A stretch of 63,459 bases of DNA, counting the filler, from Octopus bimaculoides (lineage: Eukaryota), in assembly GCF_001194135.2 (NCBI RefSeq). It is 8 parts of 8 records of this genome, joined end to end, with 100 filler letters (N's around TTAATTAATTAA, not from the genome) between each part and the next. Parts side by side here need not be neighbours in the genome. Positions count along the whole stretch, not along the records: positions 1 to 16,734 come from NC_068994.1; positions 16,835 to 36,231 come from NC_068984.1; 6 more parts are not named here. One strand, written 5' to 3'. The position numbers and the translations under genes are program-made. Positions 13,236 through 26,065 of the stretch are shown here, in pieces (position 1 is the stretch's first letter; every line of letters starts with the position of its first letter). The notes below the pieces were generated by a model that worked only from the letters and a program-made list of their open reading frames with translations, had not been told where the DNA came from and did not search any database.

Positions 13236-15529
13236 ATTACCTCTTTATTTCATGCATATTTTCCCACAATCCGATTTACACTTTGCGTTCACAATATTTT
13301 ATCAATTAAGTTTGATTAGTACAATGTACTTACGAGATCACATGCAAAATCATACATGTGTGTGTGTGTGTGTGTGTGTGTTATACCCAGGGCATAAACT
13401 GCATCTGCTTGAGACACTCATTTGTGAGAATTCCAGAGACGTGATATCCCTTTAATTACCATTACTCACTGGGTCGTGAGTTACCCTTTAATTACCATTA
13501 CCATTACTCACTGACCCAGAATGGGTTAAATATATTTCGCAGGGCTAGAAAAGCTCATTTTACTTCTGTCTAGCCGTGGAGTAGGCAGCTTTTTCGAGGA
13601 GAAACACACTTCGGACGAAGTTTGCACTTAAAATAATCCATGTCGTCTTCTAAGGAACGATCTCCGCCACATATTTTATATCAGACAAAACACGTAGCAT
13701 CGTGCCTGTAAATAATCTATATACGTCAACTATGATACATAAATGTATATTTTGAATGAAATATTGCTCCAATTCCGAACCACGAAATTTTTTCCAGTCG
13801 GAGGCTTATTCGCAATGTCAGTTAATGTACTTACGGTTTTCAGTATCGGAGATGGTAGATCCTATCTAACTTAGGTTTACGAGTACACGATTTCTTCAAG
13901 CCCCAGAATGGTGAAAAAGCATCTGGTGTTCAGCTAATTATTGATGTTGGGGGAACTTTTCGTCACTCCTGATGGAAAACGTTTGTTTTAACACACCAGG
14001 AGATAAACTGGTGAAATAGAGACAAAACAACGACTTGCAACGAATCACATATGTCCGTGAAATGTGATAGTTATATGTAATCGGCCATGACGGTTTTATT
14101 TTGGAAGAACGTTATAAAGTATTAAGTATAATTGATGCGAGGAAAAGCTGTTATCATATCTGTTAGACGTATTCATTAACTAACATCAACTGAATAAACT
14201 TTTTTGTTTGAAGAACGTAACAACGGAACTGTCTGCATCCCCCCCTTTTTTGTTTTACATCTCTTTCGATATCTAAAAGTGATGGATTGTTTATGTGGAG
14301 CAGATTTTAGCGCATGACCTGACACACATTGCTTCAGTATTCCTGGCAACCTCAAGATTTTCCGAGTTGTTCACAATGGCGGTGGGTATAACGTTATCGG
14401 CGCTACGGGACTTCATGTAAATAACCCGAATAATATACGGAGATTGTGATTGCTGTTGGGACAAAGGTTTAGATGTAGAGTAGATTATTATTTAATGCAT
14501 TTTCCTAAACTGAATTCAAGTATTCTTTGAGGATATAAAGCAATAACTTTTTGATTACCAAGTGGCTCGCATTTCTCGCCGTACAATGTATGTAAAGAAA
14601 TATATGGGATAATAAATATTAAGAAAACTATATTTAAATTTATGTATTATTCGATTTTGATGTTTTCAAATAGCCTCGTGGCTTTTTTCGTTATTTGTTT
14701 AGAACACAAGAAAAATACAAACATGCATACACATACAGAAATGTGTTTAAAAGTATGCATATATACATACAATATTTATACGCATATATATGCATGTGTG
14801 AACATATGCATGTGTGAACATATGCATGTATATATTTATGCATATATATATATATATANNNNNNNNNNNNNNNNNNNNNNNNNNNNNNNNNNNNNNNNNN
14901 NNNNNNNNNNNNNNNNNNNNNNNNNNNNNNNNNNNNNNNNNNNNNNNNNNNNNNNNNNNNNNNNNNNNNNNNNNNNNNNNNNNNNNNNNNNNNNNNNNNN
15001 NNNNNNNNNNNNNNNNNNNNNNNNNNNNNNNNNNNNNNNNNNNNNNNNNNNNNNNNNNNNNNNNNNNNNNNNNNNNNNNNNNNNNNNNNNNNNNNNNNNN
15101 NNNNNNNNNNNNNNNNNNNNNNNNNNNNNNNNNNNNNNNNNNNNNNNNNNNNNNNNNNNNNNNNNNNNNNNNNNNNNNNNNNNNNNNNNNNNNNNNNNNN
15201 NNNNNNNNNNNNNNNNNNNNNNNNNNNNNNNNNNNNNNNNNNNNNNNNNNNNNNNNNNNNNNNNNNNNNNNNNNNNNNNNNNNNNNNNNNNNNNNNNNNN
15301 NNNNNNNNNNNNNNNNNNNNNNNNNNNNNNNNNNNNNNNNNNNNNNNNNNNNNNNNNNNNNNNNNNNNNNNNNNNNNNNNNNNNNNNNNNNNNNNNNNNN
15401 NNNNNNNNNNNNNNNNNNNNNNNNNNNNNNNNNNNNNNNNNNNNNNNNNNNNNNNNNNNNNNNNNNNNNNNNNNNNNNNNNNNNNNNNNNNNNNNNNNNN
15501 NNNNNNNNNNNNNNNNNNNNNNNNNNNNN

Positions 15530-15566
<37 letters not shown>

Positions 15567-15929
15567 TATATACATATAGCATATATATTCCGCGTAACAC
15601 ATAGGTAGTCATATGGCTATAAATACAATAAATAAACCACGAAGAAAAAACATAAAATCTTTAAAATAATTTAAAGTTCGCAGCATAACTATGCAAACGA
15701 AAAATCATATGATAGTGAAATAAGAAATAAAATATTCAGCATTAATATTAAAATAAAATGTATGACCTAAGATGTATGTGTGTGTGTGTGTGTACATATA
15801 CACACTGAATACGAGTGAGAATGTATAACGTGTGGAATTTTATTTGTGTATGATATCAAATTTTCCCATTTAAAAAACGAAAAATAATAATGATAATAAT
15901 AATAATAGTAACAATAATGACATTAATAG

Positions 15930-15973
<44 letters not shown>

Positions 15974-16284
15974 ATAACTAATAAAACTATGACACTTGCA
16001 ATAGAAATATATGCAATATAGTATATCTATGTAGGTATGCATGCATACAAGAATGTATGTATGTATGCATGTATGTATGTATTTATGTATGTATATATGT
16101 ATGTATATTTCTAAGCGTACGAAGACATTGTTGGAGAATAAAATACTGACGAAAAAAACAGTTGGTAACAGCAAGAGCTAATACGACTGTAGAAGAAACT
16201 TCCTACAAGAGGTTTTAAGAGACGATTGGCGTACAATGTCAAATTTAATTCAAATGTTTCGTGTAAAATCATTACTATACTTTA

Positions 16285-16353
<69 letters not shown>

Positions 16354-16355
<2 letters not shown>

Positions 16356-16495
16356 TGTGTAGTAAGTAACTTGCTTATGAACCACATATCTGTGTGTGTG
16401 TATGTTTGTGTGTCTTTGTTTGTCCTCCCAACATCGCTTGACAACCGATGCTGGTGTATTTATGTCCCCGTAACTTAGCGGTTCGGCAAAAGAGA
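16354..16495 (+). mobile_element. SINE family C (microsatellite-containing), internally deleted
   Basis: Head GGCTGTGTAGTAAGTAACTTGCTTA joined directly to (TG)n and the tail CATCGCTTGACAACCGATGCTGGTG...TTCGGCAAAAGAGAC; compare the full copy at 39726-40095. Confidence 0.8.
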
Positions 16496-16657
16496 CATTT
16501 TCCTTCAAGGATGTAGGGACCAACCACAACACCCTCTGGGAAATGATAACTGTGGACTTTATTCCCCTGTCTGTATTCATCTATGAATATTTAATCTTTA
16601 TTCTCCTATATTATTCCTTATAATTTTCCTGTCTAGGACTTTTATACATTCTAAACT

Positions 16658-16734
16658 TTTCTAACGACGGAATACCCGGAGCATGGACATGCTAGACTAT
16701 CAGCTGGGGTATCCCAGAAACAGGTGTAAGACTT
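16658..16734 (+). ncRNA. Type I hammerhead ribozyme-like motif, degenerate core
   Basis: CTAACGA (16661-67; G5A variant), stem II ATACCC/GGGTAT (16672-77/16707-12) plus GG/CC, GAAA 16717-20, stem III ACAGGTGT, GTA triplet 16726-28, weak stem I TTT/AGA. Confidence 0.55.
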
Positions 16735-16834
16735 NNNNNNNNNNNNNNNNNNNNNNNNNNNNNNNNNNNNNNNNNNNNTTAATTAATTAANNNNNNNNNN
16801 NNNNNNNNNNNNNNNNNNNNNNNNNNNNNNNNNN

Positions 16835-16882
<48 letters not shown>

Positions 16883-17227
16883 CATACGACGAGCTTCTTT
16901 CAGTTTCTGTATACCAAATTCCCATACCAAATCAAGGTGATACGCAGTGAAGCTGAACCCCAGACCTGGTGGTTGGGAGACGCAGTCATTAGTTATTAGA
17001 TGCGTGTCGCATAGAGCTTGCGATTTCATAAAAGCAAATGCTGCCAAAAACATAAAGAAATGAAAGTATATTGCCCAAAGTTTTATGAATATCAGATGCT
17101 ATGTCCATTTTAGAAAATTATAGCATGAAAGAAAGACATTAAGTGTTCTTTTCTTCCTTCATATGCTAGTTATTAATTTAATAACTGAATTCAACGTACA
17201 CTACTCTTTTTCTACAATATTTATCGT

Positions 17228-17945
17228 TAAGATGGCGAGCTGGCAAAATCATGAGAGAACCGGAATTTGCGAGATTTGTTCCAACACGTTATATTCTGAA
17301 TTCAAACCCCGACTTTATCTTTCTCCCTTTCGGGGTTGATATAGCAAAGTACCAGCTGATGGGGTCAATGGTATCGAGTAAACACCTCCCCTAAAACGAA
17401 ATGGCCTTGTGCCTAAAAAAGAAATCTTTGTTTCTGTTATCAACCAAGAATTTTGAGATAGTTTGATAATCTGATATCCTTGCTTGTGAGAAACAATAAA
17501 TTACAACGGCTTCACATTTTCTACCAAGGCCAACATTTCGGGTGGGAGGAAGTCAATAACATCGACGCCGGTACTCAACTGGTATTATTTTATCGACCTC
17601 GAAAAGATGAAAAGGCCGACCAAGGTGGAATTTGAACTCACAAAGTAAAGATGGACGAAATGCCGCTAAGCATTTTGCCCGGCGTGCTAACGATTCTGTT
17701 AGCTCACCGCCTCGAGACTATAAATAATATCCTCTCTACTATAGGCACAAGGCCTGAAATTTTAGGAGAGGGGGCTAGTCGATTACATCGACCCCTGCGC
17801 TTAACTGGTGCTTATTTCATTGGCCTCGAAAGGATGAAAAGCGAAGTCGTTCTCGACCGAATTTGAACTCAGAATGTAAAGACGAAAGAAATACCGCTCA
17901 GCATTTTGTCCGGCATGCTAACGATTCTACCAGCTCGCCACCTTG
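17228..17945. mobile_element. Cluster of three family A SINEs (17228-17420 +, 17515-17715 -, 17735-17945 -)
   Basis: The minus-strand copies read GAATTTGAACTCA...CTAACGATTCT..CAGCTCGCC, the reverse complement of the family A head. Confidence 0.85.
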
Positions 17946-18731
17946 AGAAAATAAATAAAACCGGAAGACTGAAAATAGCGTTTGCACAATTCACAGAAAA
18001 TAGCTAACATGAGTGGCAACAAGCGATGGGATTACAGAGTATTTCATTAATTATATGTTGAAACTCGTGATTCTAGAACTGATTTGTCGCATAGGTAAAA
18101 GTTTACATCTCTTAAAGATGGCGATTGCTGTAAGGCAAAAGGTAATCTCCCCTTAAACTGAATGTGTGACAACGTTGAAGCGCAGTTGATTCTGAAGCAA
18201 TGCAAATAGAATTGAATCAAATCCAGTTCACTAAGCGAATCCTAATGTTTCTGCCTACTTGACTGTTCAATAACATCTCTTAATATAACAAGTTTTATAA
18301 GTGTGTAGAGAGAGAAGTATGTGTACGTGCGCGAGCACGTGGGTGTGTGTGCGTATGTGTATGAGTGTATGTGGGCGAGCACGTGTGTACGTGTATGTAA
18401 TACACGTAATAGAATCTATTAGTTTATAATGTGAATCCCAGTGACTCATTCTCTCCGTCATTACATACATACATATATATATGTATATAAATATATATAC
18501 ATACACATATATATATACATATATATATATATACTTATATACATATACATACATATATACATATATATACATATCTATATATACATATGTATACATATAT
18601 ATATATATATATACNNNNNNNNNNNNNNNNNNNNNNNNNNNNNNNNNNNNNNNNNNNNNNNNNNNNNNNNNNNNNNNNNNNNNNNNNNNNNNNNNNNNNN
18701 NNNNNNNNNNNNNNNNNNNNNNNNNNNNNNN

Positions 18732-18783
<52 letters not shown>

Positions 18784-19829
18784 TTATATACATATGCATA
18801 CATATATATATATACATATATATACTTACATATATACATATATATACATACATATATATGCAGACACACACACACGCACGCACACTCACACATGTACACA
18901 CACACACACATACATAATATCTTTACTTTGTCTCTCCTTCAGTGCAATTCGATACACGCGAGCAATGTTAAGTTAACACACAGTAAAAGATCACTGAAGA
19001 TCACATTCGAGGAAAATAATGATATGAGATTTCTAAACAGCTAAGGTGTTCCTTGCTTACTATTTTTTTAATCTGAAGTAAGATAAAGAGTTTTTATGGT
19101 AATTCTAATACTCGTAAGAAACATAAAACGATAAGTGGATAATATTGACGAATGAGAGGAAATGTGATGAATCTTATTATAAATCGGATTTATAATTCCT
19201 TCCTCATATAAAAAAAAAATCTTATATATTCAGCAGCAGTTATGGCAAGCCTGCAAGATCAAATTTGATCCAAATAACGAATAACGTCATTTTTAGATGA
19301 TGTCAAGGGAATAAAATCGATATTATTAAACAAGTTGCTCAAAGCTTACGGTTATTGTTAATAGGTCACACGAAAATAAATTCATTTCCGGTTGCTTGTT
19401 TTCATGTTTGTATGAGCTATAGTAGAATAGTAATTATTTCTAGTCGATCAAATATTAAATTATTATAAATGATGAGATATGATGTATTTAAAAACAATTT
19501 TCAATCGCCATCAAATTCAATTGGCAAATTAAATTAAAAGTCACATAAGCCTCTGAAACTGTGTTACTAGGTTCAGTTTTCAACAATACCAAGCATTTCT
19601 ATCTTAAAGTTATCTTTTGAAATGTTATTTTCATTTTCAAGCATGCATAAAAACCTATAGTCGCAGGTATAACTTTAATACTTGTTTCTATCTTCAATAG
19701 TCACAAAGTTCTATTTTCTATTTGGTGAGGAAATCGGAATACTATAACACTGGAATTGAAATCGAATCCCCAACTCAAGGTGCCGGCAGATTATTTCGTG
19801 TTTGTACACTGTAATATATTGGTGTTATT

Positions 19830-20532
19830 AAGGCGGCGATCTGGCAGAAACGTTAGCACGCCGGGGGTCGATAACTTAAGTACCTGTTGCGTACTGGGGA
19901 TCGATCTAATCGACTGACCCCTTCTCCAAAAATTTCTGGCCTTGTGCCTAGAGTAGAAAAGGTTATTAAGGCGGCGATCTAGCAGAAACTTTAGCACGCC
20001 GGGCGAAATGCTTAGCAGTATTTCGTCTGTCTTTACGTTCGGAGTTCAAATTGAGACGAGAGTAGAAAATAATATATTGGTGTTATTTAAGGCAGCAGGT
20101 TGGCAGAATCGTTAGCACGCAGGACAAAATGTTTAGAAGCATTTCGTCCGTCTTTACGTTCTATGTTTAAATCCCGCTGAAGTTGACTTTGCTTTTCATC
20201 CTTTTGAGATTGTTAAACAAGGTACCGTTTGAGCACTGAAGTCGATGTAAACGACTAGCACCCACGCCAACATGCCAGGCCTTATACCTATAGTTGAAAG
20301 ACTGTACGGGAGTTATTTATATTGACTTCAAATTTTGGCCCAAGGCCAGAATGTTAGAGGAATGGGTTAAGTCAATTACATCAACCTCAGTGCTCAACTG
20401 GTACTTATTTTATCGTCCCCGAAAGAATGAAAGGCAAAGTCGACCTCAGCGAGATTTGAACTCAGAATGTAAAGACGGACGAAATGCCGCTCAGCATTCT
20501 TGCCCAGCGTGCTAACGATTCTGCCAGCTCAT
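19830..20532. mobile_element. Cluster of four family A SINEs (three +, one - at 20325-20532)
   Basis: Repeated AAGGCGGCGATCTGGCAGAA heads; 18-bp direct repeat TAATATATTGGTGTTATT at 19812-19829 and 20070-20087. Confidence 0.88.
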
Positions 20533-21054
20533 CACATTAAATTGGGATTATTTATATTGCCTAGAACTTCAGTTCACAAACATTGGCCTTCCATGAGAAA
20601 CCAATACGTCATGATTAACAAATTGATAGTAAGCGTGTCTCTAGAGGCAGCAAAACTTTGTGTAATAAACTTGGTTTTTAATATATCGATTAAATCTGTA
20701 GCCTGCTAAAAATTGGCCTTGGGACAAAATCACAAACCAATATTCTGTAATAATCTCATTAATTAATAGCGCTCGGATTGATAGTGAAGCTCTACTTGGT
20801 AGTTCAGAAGAGCGTTGCAATACATTATTATAAAAAGATACATTATTATAAGAGGATATATTCAATTGAAATGGTGTAGACATATTTGTATCATTCGTCA
20901 ATAACGTACATGAAGTTTCGTCTGCAATATTTTCCCGTGACAATGAATCTCAGAAATTTAATTTCATTATTAAATAACTTGATTTCGTGCAGAAAGTTTT
21001 CCATAAAATAGATAGATAGATAGATAGATAGATAGAGATTATATATTTTTTTTT

Positions 21055-21272
21055 TGTTTCAGTCATTTGACTGCGGCCATGCTGAAGCACCGCCTTTCGT
21101 CGAGAAAATCGACCCCAGGACTTATTCTTTGTAAGCCTAGTACTTATTCTATCGGTCTTTTTTTGCCGAACCGCTAAGTTACGGGGACGTAAACACACCA
21201 GCATCGGTTGTCAAGCGATGGTGGGGGGACAAACACAGACACACAAGCACACACACACACACACATATATAT
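21055..21272 (-). mobile_element. SINE family C, 3' half and internal microsatellite (head lost in gap)
   Basis: Close match to 39726-39930. Confidence 0.85.
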
Positions 21273-21954
21273 NNNNNNNNNNNNNNNNNNNNNNNNNNNN
21301 NNNNNNNNNNNNNNNNNNNNNNNNNNNNNNNNNNNNNNNNNNNNNNNNNNNNNNNNNNNNNNNNNNNNNNNNNNNNNNNNNNNNNNNNNNNNNNNNNNNN
21401 NNNNNNNNNNNNNNNNNNNNNNNNNNNNNNNNNNNNNNNNNNNNNNNNNNNNNNNNNNNNNNNNNNNNNNNNNNNNNNNNNNNNNNNNNNNNNNNNNNNN
21501 NNNNNNNNNNNNNNNNNNNNNNNNNNNNNNNNNNNNNNNNNNNNNNNNNNNNNNNNNNNNNNNNNNNNNNNNNNNNNNNNNNNNNNNNNNNNNNNNNNNN
21601 NNNNNNNNNNNNNNNNNNNNNNNNNNNNNNNNNNNNNNNNNNNNNNNNNNNNNNNNNNNNNNNNNNNNNNNNNNNNNNNNNNNNNNNNNNNNNNNNNNNN
21701 NNNNNNNNNNNNNNNNNNNNNNNNNNNNNNNNNNNNNNNNNNNNNNNNNNNNNNNNNNNNNNNNNNNNNNNNNNNNNNNNNNNNNNNNNNNNNNNNNNNN
21801 NNNNNNNNNNNNNNNNNNNNNNNNNNNNNNNNNNNNNNNNNNNNNNNNNNNNNNNNNNNNNNNNNNNNNNNNNNNNNNNNNNNNNNNNNNNNNNNNNNNN
21901 NNNNNNNNNNNNNNNNNNNNTATATATATAAACATATATATATATATATATATA

Positions 21955-22111
21955 GGGATAATTCACGAAGAGACAACAGACGAAGACAGGTAGTGTAGAC
22001 AACAAATGAATGTATTAGTATAACGCGCTCGGAAATAGAGAAAGTCTTTAACGTTTCGAGCCTACGCTCTTCAACAGAAAAGAACACACAAAGAAACAAG
22101 GAGAGAAAAAA
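21955..22111 (-). mobile_element. ~150-bp repeat with a hammerhead-like motif (family H2)
   Basis: Minus strand 22082-22044: CTTTT-CTGTTGA-A-GAGC-GTAG-GCTC-GAAAC-GTT-AAAGAC, then ~90 nt and a (TA)n tract. Confidence 0.75.
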
Positions 22112-22524
22112 ATGTGTGTCGTGGTCAGCGGAAGTACGCCGTTTAAGAAGTACTCCGTAAGAACGTCGTGTGCTCAGTTTATTTAAGCTGGTCCAGTGAC
22201 CTGTTACACAAGACTTTCGATGGCATGTAGCCGCCGCTTCTGACAAGATAGAGTGGGCTCATTCTGACTTGTGAGAAGAACCGGTTGCACGTGGGAGTAA
22301 TTCCAGAGAAGCAGACCATTGCACCTGTTTCAATGACCAATGTGCATGTATACTTGTGTTTTGATAGATACTTACAAGAATATGACAAGGCAAAACAACC
22401 GTAGAAACGTGACTGTTTTTCACATGATTAATGTTATCAGTAAATAGCACAGTGGTTCTATTTACCAAAACAGAGAAATGATGCGACCCAATAATATAGT
22501 AAACAATGCTTACCATATGTAGAC

Positions 22525-22586
<62 letters not shown>

Positions 22587-23489
22587 ACATTTTGGAGCCA
22601 GGTCGCCAAATTCTTGTGTAATCTCCCTATGTAACACTGCTTAAACTATCTTATTCTCGGCTGTGTCATCAGAAATATTGATTTTTACATTACTACATAA
22701 TCTATCTCTGAAAACGTTGACCAATATTACATTTAAAGCACCTTATTAAAGTTGATGTCAATTATCTAACGGAATATGCTGATGAGCTAACAAAGGAAAC
22801 TGTAGATGATCGCTCGAGTTATTAAAAATCAGCGCTGGCCGTGGCCTTTATAACAACAACCAATGTGCTATAAACACATGACTATAGGTTCATAGGAGAG
22901 GAAAACGAGATCGAATGACATGTCTATCTCTATAGATAGTATTAGATGTGTAGGTAAATCCAGCCGGGAAATGAAACAGAGTTCTGAATTAAGCTCACTG
23001 AGTGATTCTCTCTGTTTCAACAGCTATCAACATTGTCATGCAAAATATTATTTATCAGGAGACTTATAAAATAGACAACTGAGTTTACCGTAATATGTTT
23101 GGTACATATTTTACTGAGTCAGAAGGAATGAAAATGTGTTCAAATCCTACCGAAGTACGATTCAAACAGTGCCTAGCTTTGCATATTAGCATTTATCTCT
23201 CTGTGCGACATCGTTAAAATAAACTGTAACTTGAAATATATCCAGTCTGGTGCACAACCGGTTCTGATGTATCAACGTCCAGGAGTGCATAATTTTATGA
23301 ATCCCCAAAATGAAAAGACGTCCAAGAGATGAAAGAACACTACAAGATTGTTATAGGAGTTGATTGTTAGAGACATGCTATCTGCAATGATCTGAATTTA
23401 TTTTATTTTGATGCATAATTCTTTCAGGTTTAAAGTACTATTAAATGGTTTCGAATGTCTCGTAATGATCGCGAATACAATCGGCCGAA

Positions 23490-23760
23490 ATGGGATTTTA
23501 CCGTAGGATATCTTGAATAAGCCTACTCGACAGTGTGCATAGCTCGGAGACAAGAAACTTTCTCCAAATTGAGCCCCTAATTTTCCACTTTAAGATGTCA
23601 CAGCTCCGGCGCGATGGACATGTGATTAGAATGCCACAGGAAAGAATCGCAAGACGGATTCGTCAAACCGGACTATCAAGCAAGAAACCTAGGGGTTGAC
23701 CAAAAGAAATGATTGAATAATATCCATAGTCTCACGTTGGTCACGATAGCAAATCTAGCC
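23490..23760 (+). mobile_element. RTE-clade LINE remnant, C-terminal end of the ORF
   Basis: MGFYRRIS*ISLLDSVHSSETRNFLQIEPLIFHFKMSQLRRDGHVIRMPQERIARRI...KKPRG*P matches the RTE motif QLRWxGHVxRMPxxRxxRRxL...RPRGRP; in-frame stops. Confidence 0.85.
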
Positions 23761-25874
23761 GGAAAGTCTAATAACAGTTGCTCCTGATTGGAGGGTGTGC
23801 CTGAAAATTTTATCCCTACGGTCCTCCTAGGAATAGTGGGCGTAGAAGATTGCTTACTTGCTTGCTTGCTTGTTTGCTGGATGGATGGATGGATGGAGTA
23901 TATTTAATTTATCTTCATAATGTGTATGTAGAGTGTAAGCCGCTAAAAGGCATTGAATCTAATCATGGACCAAATGGAAACACCCTATACATACACATTA
24001 GCAATACTACTAACACGTGAATATATTTTTTTCAGAATAATTATGTGAATACTTATGTCGTNNNNNNNNNNNNNNNNNNNNNNNNNNNNNNNNNNNNNNN
24101 NNNNNNNNNNNNNNNNNNNNNNNNNNNNNNNNNNNNNNNNNNNNNNNNNNNNNNNNNNNNNNNNNNNNNNNNNNNNNNNNNNNNNNNNNNNNNNNNNNNN
24201 NNNNNNNNNNNNNNNNNNNNNNNNNNNNNNNNTATATATATATATATATATATATATTCTCTGTAAAAACTTTCTAGCTCTGTAAAAATTTTGCTGCCTA
24301 CTCCAGACAGAATACATATTCTATGTCCAAGAGAAAATTATTTAAAATCTGACTGTTAAACCAGCGCAATCTGTTTATTAATTACATTGAAAGAAATTTT
24401 GTAGTTTCTAATAAAATCCAATCGTTTTAGGAAAGGACTATTCCTTTAACTGGGTAATGTAAAATATTTCACAGAATCAATTGCTATAAACGCAAAACCT
24501 AATGCTGTGAACTAATCAGTTTAGATTTAGAAACTATTTTCTGCTTTATAATTAACTCTGCGAGATCACTACGGCCTAATGTATTTACCGGTTTTAGTCT
24601 TCACAATCCTAATCTTCAAACTTAAATTCTTCAGAACTCAGGTAGATCTTTATTTCTATTGTCCTATTTTATTTTACTCTATTTTTTTTCCACTCTTTTC
24701 TGTATTACTCGAAATTTTATTGTTTTTGATTCTGTTTGCACACGACCAGGCAATTATCTTGTGTCTTTTTCTAGAAGGAAATCAAGATGTGTTTTATTAT
24801 TTCTGCTTTGGACACTAAGCTTTGATTAAATTAGATATAAATCATTTATGGCGTAGAATCACTTTGTCAATGTAATCTCTTGTCTTGTGAGCACGGTTCT
24901 CTCAGTAATGATATTTGATCTTCCAAAAGGGAAAAGAAGATTAAGACTCACTTGATCACGTGTTGTTTTGTGACAATCAGAAAAATGTACTTGAAAACCA
25001 ACTTTTACTTTAAAATGACAAGAAAGATATCAAAGGAAAACCTCAATATTAAACACAGTTTAATGAAACGTTTCACATCTATAAGGATATACCTTTAGAT
25101 ATGCCTAAAGTTATCGAAGTTTTGCATGCGAATTGTTAATCCACCAGCGGCAAAATCGAATAAACTTGAGAGACACCATAGTTAAATCCATGTCTCAAAT
25201 TTATTTTTCATTTAAGTAATATTCAGATTCCCATCTAATTTCCCTATGGAAGAGTTGTTATGCATTCAATTTTATCATGGAAATTCAAATCTATATAATA
25301 AAACGAAAATCATGATTCTTAAAATATTTTCCACTTACTGGTGGTGTGGCCGATGAGAATTCATCTCTATAATTATCAGAAATATCTATTTAATAATTAT
25401 CTTTAGCCACTCTTAAACAATCAGGAATTATCTTTACCAAGTTCTATAATTTGGAGATATTTGTCTGAACGCCTTGAGGAGTTTAGACAAACAAATCAAC
25501 TCTAGTACTTATTTTTAAAAGAATGTACTAATAATAAATTTTCTTATGGGATGAATGGATATAGCTTGTATTTTGATATTTTCTCTTTCCATATTATTCT
25601 GGATTTGCTATTTATTCATTTATTTAAATTAAATTTTATTGCATTATGATTATAAACATAAACAATAAGTTATTATTATTATTATATTTAAAAATTATTT
25701 ACCCCTTTCAGATAACTCAATTACCTCTCCATTTTCTCCTTATTCTTTAAATATATAAATATATGAACCACGGTTTATATTGTTACCTTATAGTTGAATT
25801 TTCTATAGGTTGGTGACTCACCAGTATTTTCATTGGATTTATGATCCCTTAATGAGGTTTACTACCTTTACTTG

Positions 25875-25919
<45 letters not shown>

Positions 25920-25923
<4 letters not shown>

Positions 25924-26065
25924 GTTTCCGCCAACCAAATTAACTCACAAGACATTAGTCAGCCTGGGGCTATAGTAGAAGATACTTGCCGAAGGTGCCA
26001 CGCACTGGAACTAAGCCCGAACCCACATAATTGCCAAGCTAACTTCTTAACCATACAGTCATGTC
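25920..26065 (-). mobile_element. SINE family C head
   Basis: Reverse complement of GTTCCAGTGCGTGGCACCTTCGGCAAGTATCTTCTACTATAGCCCC. Confidence 0.75.

Noticed and set aside
13448-13514. ~25-bp direct repeat CCCTTTAATTACCATTACTCACTG
   Set aside because: Only two copies; a local slippage duplication, not a CRISPR array.
16145-16170. CTGACGA followed by an A-run and GTA
   Set aside because: No GAAA and no stem II.
22170-22420. GC-richer stretch with open frames (ORF 22179..22388 and a + frame ending LCFDRYLQEY)
   Set aside because: No convincing splice sites or recognisable domain; possibly an old transposase relic.
22775-22810. CTGATGA-GCTAACAAAG-GAAAC-T-GTA hammerhead-like string
   Set aside because: Stem II is only 2 bp and stem I does not pair; chance or heavily decayed.
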